Source: a virus
Taxonomy: Duplodnaviria > Caudoviricetes
DNA length: 61,999 bases
Virus record (IMG/VR): IMGVR_UViG_3300008448_000076
Coordinates: 1 to 61,999 of that record
Strand: one strand, 5' to 3'
The translations under genes were made by a program, and so were the position numbers. Shown here in pieces: positions 41,641 to 50,300 of the stretch (the first letter of the stretch is position 1; every line of letters begins with the position of its first letter). The notes under the pieces were generated by a model. The model worked only from the letters and a program-made list of their open reading frames with translations, had not been told where the DNA came from and did no database searches.

Positions 41641-43142
41641 TGCACATCATTCTCGGTCCCCCGGGGACAGGCAAAACAACAAAGCTTCTGACACTGGTCG
41701 AAGGATATCTGGAAGCAGGTGTCCCACCAGATCGCATTGGGTATTTCGCATTCTCTCGTCGCGCCGCGCACGAGGCAGTGACCCGTGCATCTGCACGTTT
41801 CAAGATGGGGACAAGCGAGTTCCCATTCTTTCGGACGCTGCATTCTCTTGCGTTCCGTCAGATGCAGATCTCTCCGCGGAACATCATGACCCGCAATCAC
41901 TACGATGAGGTTGCGAACTGGTTGAAGATCCCTCCGTTCCATGGATACGAGGTGGAGGACGGGCCCTTCATCGACTTCGGTATGGGCGACAAGTATCTTG
42001 AAGTCATCGACATGGCTCGCATCTGCTGCATCCCTTTGCAGGAAGCGTATCTTCGTTCTGGTGCAAACAAACGTGTTGACTGGTCGATGATCGAGATGGT
42101 TGATCGGGCTCTTCGCAAGTTCAAGAAAGAAAAGCAGCTGTTCGATTACACCGATATGCTTGAGCAATTCGTTGCGCATGACCTTGCGCCCAGTCTTGAT
42201 GTTGCATTCATCGACGAGGCGCAGGATCTGTCTCCGCTCCAATGGAAGATGGCAGATCTCATCGAGAAGAGTTCAGGCGAAACGTACATTGCAGGTGACG
42301 ATGACCAAGCAATCTACCGTTGGGCCGGAGCCGATGTCGAATACTTCATCCGCCTCGACGGCAAGATCGAGGTCTTAAACCAAAGCTATCGTATCCCGCA
42401 AAAGCACCACGAGATCTCGCAGAACCTGATCAACCGCGTGTCTTCTCGCCGCACCAAAGTCTTCCGCCCCCGTGATGAGACAGGCGTTGTGATGTGGCAC
42501 CCGAACAGCGACTCCGTTGATTTGTCAGAGGGCAACTGGCTTCTGCTTGCCCGCACTAAACAGTTGGTCAAGCATCTCGAAGCAGAGGTTCAGACCAAGG
42601 GTCATCTCTACACCAGTAAACTCAACAGCAACACGACATCTGATATCATGCAAGCGATTGAAATCTGGGAAGACCTACGCTCCGGAGGATCTCGCATCGC
42701 TGCTGATGTGCGTATCGCCTACAAGTACATGGGTCTTAAAACACAGGTGGCACATGGCTATAAGACATTACCGAATGTGGACGAAGAAAGATTTCTTTCT
42801 ATCCAAGATCTCCGCACAGAGTTCGGTCTTCTCCACGAAGAGCCGTGGACTACGGGCCTCTCCCGTATCCCGTCCGAGCAACGTCAGTATCTTGAAGCTT
42901 GCATCAAGAAAGGGGAGAAGATCGGGGGCAAACCTCGTATCCACATCTCTACGATCCATGGGGCCAAAGGGGCCGAGGCAGACAATGTCCTTCTTCTGAC
43001 AGACTATTCCCCGCCCTCCAAGGCCCTGCAAGAAAAACATCACGCTGACGATGAAAAGCGTGTATTCTATGTCGGCCTGACGAGAGCGAAGCAGAATCTT
43101 CACCTCGTTCATCCAATGTTCACAGCGGGGTTCAAGATATGA
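41640..43142 (+). CDS. UvrD/Rep-family SF1 helicase
   Basis: GPPGTGKT, TLHS, DEAQD, GDDDQAIY, QSYR, STIHGAKGAEAD, YVGLTRAK. Confidence 0.93.
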   Translation: MHIILGPPGTGKTTKLLTLVEGYLEAGVPPDRIGYFAFSRRAAHEAVTRASARFKMGTSEFPFFRTLHSLAFRQMQISPRNIMTRNHYDEVANWLKIPPFHGYEVEDGPFIDFGMGDKYLEVIDMARICCIPLQEAYLRSGANKRVDWSMIEMVDRALRKFKKEKQLFDYTDMLEQFVAHDLAPSLDVAFIDEAQDLSPLQWKMADLIEKSSGETYIAGDDDQAIYRWAGADVEYFIRLDGKIEVLNQSYRIPQKHHEISQNLINRVSSRRTKVFRPRDETGVVMWHPNSDSVDLSEGNWLLLARTKQLVKHLEAEVQTKGHLYTSKLNSNTTSDIMQAIEIWEDLRSGGSRIAADVRIAYKYMGLKTQVAHGYKTLPNVDEERFLSIQDLRTEFGLLHEEPWTTGLSRIPSEQRQYLEACIKKGEKIGGKPRIHISTIHGAKGAEADNVLLLTDYSPPSKALQEKHHADDEKRVFYVGLTRAKQNLHLVHPMFTAGFKI

Positions 43143-43432
43143 TCGACGTAGGTATGGATCCGGAGCGGGTCGAAGCTCAGTTTAAAATCCAGATGCTGAT
43201 GAACGCTATGATGCAGTCCTTGGTAGATCGCGTTCTGGATGCAGCGGAGGAGAACTTTGCAGATGTCATGGAGGAAGAAGAGGTCGATGTCATTATCGCT
43301 CTGTCATTTATTCGTGCAGCTTCCGAGATTGCAGTCTTTGGGGAAATCGAGAAGGAAGACTTCATGAGCATGTGCGAACAGATCTACGATACTGTAAGCC
43401 TAAACTTAAGCATTCCGGCTGGGAACGCATGA
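43139..43432 (+). CDS. Acidic hypothetical protein
   Basis: ATGA overlap with the helicase gene. Confidence 0.7.
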   Translation: MIDVGMDPERVEAQFKIQMLMNAMMQSLVDRVLDAAEENFADVMEEEEVDVIIALSFIRAASEIAVFGEIEKEDFMSMCEQIYDTVSLNLSIPAGNA

Positions 43433-43656
43433 TAACGGCAGTATGTGAGTGCAAGAAAGAAACACTAGAATTTACAACTGAGCAGCTCTCAAACAGGTGG
43501 CCTACCTGTGCGTGTGGGCAATTTATGAAGGTGACTAAGAATGAATTGGTTCGTGAAACCGCCAGAGACAGAATGGGTAATGCCAACAGAGATTCCAGAT
43601 CTCAGCGGAGCGACGACAATCTGCATCGACCTCGAAACATACGACCCAGATCTTAA
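43429..43656 (+). CDS. Possible small Zn-ribbon protein (CEC...CACG)
   Basis: ATGA overlap upstream; 3' end overlaps the polymerase gene. Confidence 0.45.
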   Translation: MITAVCECKKETLEFTTEQLSNRWPTCACGQFMKVTKNELVRETARDRMGNANRDSRSQRSDDNLHRPRNIRPRS

Positions 43657-45421
43657 GACAAAGGGCAGTGGATGGCCGACAAAGACCGGTCATGTCGTTG
43701 GCTTTGCTATCGCTGTCGATGGTCTGTCGATCTATCTGCCTGTTCGCCACGGCATCGGTGACAACTTACCTTTGTCCATGGTCAAGAACTACATGAAGGA
43801 TCTCTGCTCAAACCCTGACGCAGTGTATGTGTTCCACAACGCATCGTATGACGTGGGTTGGTTGAGGGCAGAGGGCATCGAGGTAAAGGGCCGCATCGTC
43901 GATACGATGGTCGCCGCTCCTTTGCTCGACGAGAACCGCTACAGCTACTCGCTCAACAATCTCGGCAAGGATTACTTGTTCGAGAAGAAGGACGAGCGTC
44001 TGTTGAAAGATGCGGCCAAAGAGTTTGGTCTCGATCCGAAAGCAGAACTGCACAAGCTTCCGGCAATGTATGTCGGCAAGTATGCCGAGCAGGATGCGGC
44101 ATTGACGCTTCGTCTTTGGCATCACTTCAAAGGCATGATCGAGAACGAAGGTATCGAAGACATCCTCGATCTTGAACTTGACGTGTTGAAGATCACCATC
44201 GAGATGCGAAGCAAGGGCGTTCGCATCGATCTTGAAGGTGCGGAGAATGCTGGTAAGTCTTTGATAAAGCAGGAGAAAGAAGTTCTCCATGCGGTGAAGA
44301 AAGAGTACGGCGTTGACGTGGACATCTGGGCGGCAGCCTCTGTTGCCAAGGCCTTCGACAAGGTCGGTCTGGAATATCCGCGTACCGCAAAAGGTGCGCC
44401 AAGCTTTACGAAGGACTTCTTGAAGACCCATGTGCATCCGATGGCTCAGTCTATCGTGAAGGCTCGTGAGTTGAACAAGGCTCACTCGACATTCATCGAA
44501 ACAATTATGCGCCACCAACACAATGGCCGCATTCATCCTGACATCCACTCACTTCGCAGTGATGATGGGGGCACAGTCACGGGGCGCTTCAGCTATTCGA
44601 ACCCGAACCTTCAGCAGATTCCATCGCGTGACGAAAACATCTCGTCGATGATCCGCTCTCTGTTCCTGCCGGAAGAAGGTGATCGTTGGGGCTCGTTCGA
44701 CTACTCGTCACAAGAGCCGCGTCTCGTTGTGCATTACGCATATGGTCTCAACATTTATGGTGCTGAGAACTTTGTCGAAGCGTTTAACGAAGATCCGCGC
44801 ACTGACTTCCATCAGATGGCCGCTGACCTCATGAAGATTTCTCGTAAAGATGCAAAGACAGTTGGTCTTGGTATCATCTACGGCATGGGCGTGAACAAGC
44901 TTTCACATCAGCTTGGTGTATCAGTGGATGAAGCACGAGACACAATGAAGCTGTACCATGCGAAGGTTCCATTCTTGAAGGAACTCAGCAACATGTGCAT
45001 GAACCGTGCGAGCAGTGCGCCTTACTATGTTCGTACCATCTTGCACCGCCGTTGCCGGTTCCCACTTTGGGAACCGAAGTGGACAGCGAACAGCGAGTCT
45101 AGCCGCACACCGTTCCCTCGCACGAAGGCCGCGGAAGAGTATGGTGAGAACAACATCAAGGTTGCCTACACCTACAAGGCTTTGAACCGTGTGATCCAAG
45201 GCAGTGCCGCAGATCAAACGAAGAAGGCAATGGTTGAGTTGTATAAAGAAGGTCTGCTACCACTCATCCAGATCCACGACGAACTTGCGATGTCTGTTCC
45301 AGACAAAGCAACGGCAGACAAAATCGAAACGATCATGCAGGAATGCGTCAAGCTGCATGTTCCCTCCGTAGTTGACGCTGAGTTCGGACCAAACTGGGGA
45401 CACTTGAAAACCGGTTGGTAA
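43541..45421 (+). CDS. polA: Family A DNA polymerase with 3'-5' exonuclease domain
   Basis: DLET, HNASYD, YAEQDA, TGRFS..NPNLQQIP, DYSSQEPR, R..AK...LG..YG, IQGSAAD, QIHDE. Confidence 0.95.
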   Translation: MNWFVKPPETEWVMPTEIPDLSGATTICIDLETYDPDLKTKGSGWPTKTGHVVGFAIAVDGLSIYLPVRHGIGDNLPLSMVKNYMKDLCSNPDAVYVFHNASYDVGWLRAEGIEVKGRIVDTMVAAPLLDENRYSYSLNNLGKDYLFEKKDERLLKDAAKEFGLDPKAELHKLPAMYVGKYAEQDAALTLRLWHHFKGMIENEGIEDILDLELDVLKITIEMRSKGVRIDLEGAENAGKSLIKQEKEVLHAVKKEYGVDVDIWAAASVAKAFDKVGLEYPRTAKGAPSFTKDFLKTHVHPMAQSIVKARELNKAHSTFIETIMRHQHNGRIHPDIHSLRSDDGGTVTGRFSYSNPNLQQIPSRDENISSMIRSLFLPEEGDRWGSFDYSSQEPRLVVHYAYGLNIYGAENFVEAFNEDPRTDFHQMAADLMKISRKDAKTVGLGIIYGMGVNKLSHQLGVSVDEARDTMKLYHAKVPFLKELSNMCMNRASSAPYYVRTILHRRCRFPLWEPKWTANSESSRTPFPRTKAAEEYGENNIKVAYTYKALNRVIQGSAADQTKKAMVELYKEGLLPLIQIHDELAMSVPDKATADKIETIMQECVKLHVPSVVDAEFGPNWGHLKTGW

Positions 45422-45449
45422 TCTTGCCGTAAGAAAGGGCAAAGGTCAG

Positions 45450-46889
45450 ATGTTAAGGTACAAGTTTAAGCACAAGCCGTATGCACACCAGCTTACAGCA
45501 CTTGAGAAATGTTGGGACAAGGAAGAGTACGCGCTCTTCTGCGAGATGGGTACTGGTAAATCCAAGATCCTGATCGACAACTTCTCGATGCTGTATGATC
45601 AGGGAAAGATTGACGCTGTCCTCGTTGTTGCGCCGAAGGGCGTGTACAAGAACTGGCAGAAGAAAGAAATCCCGCAGCATCTGCCGGATCATATCGTTGC
45701 AGATATCATCGTGTGGTCACCCAATCACACAAAGAAGCAGCTTGAGCATCTCGACCTTGCCTTCAAGGACGACGATAACCTGAAGGTTCTTGTCATGAAT
45801 GTTGAAGCATTCTCGACAGAGAAGGGTGTCCAGTTCGCGATGAAGTTTATGTCTCGTAAGAAGTGCTTCATGGCAATCGACGAAAGCACGACGATCAAGA
45901 ACCGTGGCGCAAAAAGGACAAAGAACATCGTGAAGGCTGGCAGTCTTGCGAAGTTCCGTCGTATTGCGACAGGCTCTCCGATTACAAAGACACCGATGGA
46001 TCTCTATTCACAGTGCGACTTTCTTGACCCGCACTTGCTGGGCTTCGGATCCTTCTTCACGTTTCAGTCTCGCTACTGCAAGATCTGGAGAAGGTCAGTT
46101 GGCACACACTCATTCAACCAAGTTGTTGGATACCAGAACCTCGACGAACTCACCGAAAAGCTTGACCGGTTTAGTTACCGTATCTTGAAGAAAGACTGTC
46201 TCGATCTGCCCGAAAAAATCTACATCAAGCGTATCGTTGAACTCACGCCCGAACAGCGTCGTGTCTACGAACAACTCAAAGCAATCGCACTGGCCGTGCT
46301 CCAAGAGGGGGTTGTCACGGCGGCAAATGCACTTACTCAAATCTTGCGGCTTCAACAGGTCTGCTCCGGCTTTGTTAAAACTGACGATGGGAAGATGCAG
46401 ATCCTCCCGTCAGAGAAGCTTACAGAACTGATGGAAGTTTTGGAAGAGGTCGATGGCAAAGTTATTATCTGGGCGAACTACACCCACGACATCGAAGCCA
46501 TCACGAAGGAACTTGCAAAGAAGTACGGCGCTGAAACTGTTCGGTCCTACTACGGAGACACAAAGGCAGATGACAGACAGCAGATTGTAACGGACTTCCA
46601 AGATCCGGATAACCCGCTACGATTCTTTGTCGGTCAACCAAGGACAGGTGGCTATGGTCTGACACTGACTGAGGCTAAAACTGTCATATATTACAGCAAT
46701 AGTTATGACTTAGAAGTCAGACTTCAATCTGAGGACCGCGCTCACCGCATAGGTCAGAAGAACAACGTGACATACATCGACATCGTCACTGAAGGAACGG
46801 TCGATGAAAAGATCCTTCATGCACTGCGCGACAAGATTGATGTTGCCGCGACAGTGTTGAAGGAAGGTTACAAGCAGTGGATTGTTTAG
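45450..46889 (+). CDS. SNF2-like SF2 helicase
   Basis: EMGTGKS, IDES, TGSP, GGYGLTL, QSEDRAHRIGQ. Confidence 0.93.
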   Translation: MLRYKFKHKPYAHQLTALEKCWDKEEYALFCEMGTGKSKILIDNFSMLYDQGKIDAVLVVAPKGVYKNWQKKEIPQHLPDHIVADIIVWSPNHTKKQLEHLDLAFKDDDNLKVLVMNVEAFSTEKGVQFAMKFMSRKKCFMAIDESTTIKNRGAKRTKNIVKAGSLAKFRRIATGSPITKTPMDLYSQCDFLDPHLLGFGSFFTFQSRYCKIWRRSVGTHSFNQVVGYQNLDELTEKLDRFSYRILKKDCLDLPEKIYIKRIVELTPEQRRVYEQLKAIALAVLQEGVVTAANALTQILRLQQVCSGFVKTDDGKMQILPSEKLTELMEVLEEVDGKVIIWANYTHDIEAITKELAKKYGAETVRSYYGDTKADDRQQIVTDFQDPDNPLRFFVGQPRTGGYGLTLTEAKTVIYYSNSYDLEVRLQSEDRAHRIGQKNNVTYIDIVTEGTVDEKILHALRDKIDVAATVLKEGYKQWIV

Positions 46890-47344
46890 ACTGGATAGTC
46901 ACGCCACGTCAGCTGGAAGTGAGGACCATCCGCGAACTTCGGAAGGTCCACTTCTACCACCGGTCCATTGCCATTTAACAAGCGCCAGAGGCCGCCCCAT
47001 TCAACGGGGACTTCAAGCTGTTCTGCAGCCTGACGGAAAGCCTCTGCGATCTTGAAGTAAAAAGGCCAGTCCCAACGAACAGCTTCGTTGGGATCCTTCA
47101 TGTTATCGCCGTCAAGATCAATATATGCAGCCACATCGACAGCATGCCCCGTAAGATGGCGGGACTTCAGTGTCTTTGATGCACCGGCAGCAAGCAATTG
47201 CTTCTGGCGTTCAAGTGTGCGCAGTCCTTCCGTGATAATAAACGGAACAGGGCAAAGCTGAAGGGCGATCTGAGCCACTTCAACAAGGTCATCATGCACA
47301 CCAACGAGGCGGCTCTTCGAGCGAGCGTCAAACTCTTTCATCAT
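46886..47344 (-). CDS. Endolysin, peptidase M15 (L-Ala-D-Glu peptidase-like)
   Basis: EGLRT..RQ, SRHLTGHAVD, WGG.W, DGPHFQL. Confidence 0.9.
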   Translation of the reverse strand: MMKEFDARSKSRLVGVHDDLVEVAQIALQLCPVPFIITEGLRTLERQKQLLAAGASKTLKSRHLTGHAVDVAAYIDLDGDNMKDPNEAVRWDWPFYFKIAEAFRQAAEQLEVPVEWGGLWRLLNGNGPVVEVDLPKFADGPHFQLTWRDYPV

Positions 47345-50300
47345 TCATATCCGTATTGACGACCGAACTTGAAGGCTTGTTCTGCCGTTTGGTTTTTAAC
47401 ATTGCGAAGAGCGGTAAGGCGCTTGGACTTCTCGTCACCAGAAAGATTCGGATCCAAGCGAATGGACTTCATCTGCTTGTTGATCTCTGTAATCTGGTTC
47501 TCAGCCTTGTTCAAGACCTTGTAGACAGCCTCAGCTGCAGGATCATCCTTCAGCTTTTCCTTCAAGATTTCGAAGTTATTGGTGACACCGGCATCATCGA
47601 TGGACGTAACAACCTGCGTCACGGAAGACTTCATGTCGTAGAAGTCCTTGACGAAGCGGTTTCGCATCAACTCCGGATCCTTGACAAAGCGGCTAAGACC
47701 CGTGGCATTCGCCCCGATGCCGACGAGAGATGTCGGATCTCCGAAGTAGCCGGAAGGACGGGTGCCTGCGCCAGAGAAGATGCCGTCTACCATCGAGGCA
47801 AAGACTGAGCCCATCGTTCCGAAGTAACCGCGGAGCAAAACGTCTGCCTGTTTCGGAGAGATCACAGGGACAACGTAGTTTGCGAGAGCCTTCGCAATCT
47901 CTGTAGTGTTCTCGTCAGCGCGTTCTTCCTGCGGGCGACGCTTGTCAGCGATGGTTTCGATGTCTTGCCAAGTGAACATGTCCTTGTTCACCACGACTTC
48001 TGCGATGGGCTTCACCGCTTGCGGGATCGGGTTGAACAGGAACGTCGAGGACATAATCTGAAGAAGGCCGTCAGTGAACTGAGCGCCTTCTTTTTCACGG
48101 ATCGAGTCCATCATGAGCGCAGGAATAGCGCCAAAGACAGAACCAATTTCGAATGCTCGCGGCGCTGCAATGACTGTGTCACCAACACGAAAGTAGTTGT
48201 TTGCAATCTTGTCTTCGACCGACAGCTTCTTATACCAATCGTCGTCGCCGTAGATCATGTTGAGGGCAAGTTCGATTGCGGTGAGTTGAAGGCCGCGGAT
48301 AACGAGCGCCTTCGGGATACCAATGGTGCCCTTTGCAAGCCAAGATTCTGGAGCGCCTGCTGTGCCACGCTCGATCAAACGATAGAGACCTTGAACACGG
48401 GCATTCAAGAATGGGATCATCGGGATAAGGTGCATAAGGATGTTACCTGCAACACCACCACCGGCACCAGAACGATTGAAGTTTGTCAGGTTGACAGCTT
48501 CATACGCAGCCGTTGTCGGATCCATCCCCTTCTTCTTGACGAGATAGTCAAAGTACGTGACGCGTGAAGCCATTTCGGTTGCTTCACCGATGTGCTCCAA
48601 CTTGTCGAGGGCCTTCATCGCAAGACCCCAAGGCTTGGAGATATCAGCAGACGTGTACGCACGACGCATGAACTCTGCCTGATCACGGAAGCCTGCACCG
48701 TATCCGTAACCACCGAAACCTGTCGCAGCAAGAATCGCCTGATACGATGGGCCTTTGCGGTACACTTCACGGAAGTTTCTGAATGTGCCAGCGATCAAGT
48801 CCGTGATCGGCATACCTGTCTTGACGTATGTATCGATGATACCGCGCCACAAGTTTGCGATCTGGAACGGAGGCGCAATCGTAACACCTGTACGCAGGAC
48901 GTTTGCAACCTTCGACGCAGCCTCAACAGCCGCACCAAGTTGCTTCGGAGACATCGCCGACAATGCTTGGAACATCGGCACGTCGTTGATCTTAAGGAAC
49001 TGATCGCCGCCGTTTACCCGGTATGTGATGACGCCATCAGCACCCGGCTTGCCGACCTTCTGCGCAATGCTGGGATCGCCGTAAGCAATGGCTGCCTCAG
49101 CCACCTTGTTGTAGGCAATGTTCTTAAGGCCTGCCGCAACAATGCTGCTGTAGTTGCGCAGTGTGTTGTCGTAGAATCCTTGCTCAATTGCACCACCCGC
49201 TGACACGGCTTGGTTGAAAGCCGTGATGTTGCGGGGATTGTCCAAGGCTTTTGTGATCGCAGGATGCAACGTACCGTTCGGATCACCCTTTTCTTGGGCA
49301 CGATAGAACGGGGTGTAGAACATCGACATGAAGCGTTCGCCGAGTTCTTGCGGGATCAGGCCGCTGTTGATTGCAAACTGAACCATGCCTTTGTTGAAGG
49401 CTTGGAACTCATCAGCGACTTCTTTGAAGTGAGCGGGAGCAGACCGAACAATCTCTTCAAGTTCAGCGTCGGTGAAAGGTTTCCCCGTCACAGGATTCTT
49501 GTAGCCGAAGCCGGAGTAACCAGCCTTCCTGCGCAGATCAAGTTCACGTCGAGCAATGGCGTACTGCTGGAAAGCGTTTTCGTCTCTTGTACCAATGCGG
49601 TCGAATATCTTGATCAAACCACCGTTTGTATTATCAAAGCGCATGTCGCCCGTCTTCTTGTCGTAGACAAGAAAGCCGCTGTTCAAAAGACCAGCAACGC
49701 GGCCTTGTACGTTTTGCATGCGCTCAAGTGTTTGACCCACACCTTCGAAACCAGCACGGTTCATGAACGGAATTGCAGATGCCACACTGTTTCTGAAGAT
49801 GGCTTGAGCATGAGACTCACCTTCTTCACGACCAGTGATTGCATCGAACAAGCGGCCCCACACACCCTTTTGTTTAGTGGCAGTGGTGAACTGACCGAGT
49901 TGCTGGATCTCAACAGGGACATCATTGCCGATAAGAGCAGGGTTGACACCGAGATCTTTGACATCTGCCTCTGTGAGAGGATGCGCTTCGCTCACAAGAC
50001 GGTCGCCGGTAGAAGTGTAGCCGGGTTCGACACGCGTAACGATAGCGCCTTCTGGTGTAGTAGCTTCCTGTGCAGTATCTACAGCGCTAGAGAGAGGTGT
50101 CCTCTTGCCCGCCTTCGCAGCAGCCTTTGCTTTAGCCTTGGCTGACGGTGTTGCACCATAGGTCACACCCTTCAAAGGAACTCCCGCAGCAGTGGCTTCC
50201 TTCTGGGCATCAAAAACATTCGCATATCTACGCGTGATATTCTTCTCAGGGGTAGCCTCGACATTACCCCACATCTCGGAGAGCAGCTGCTCGAACGCAC

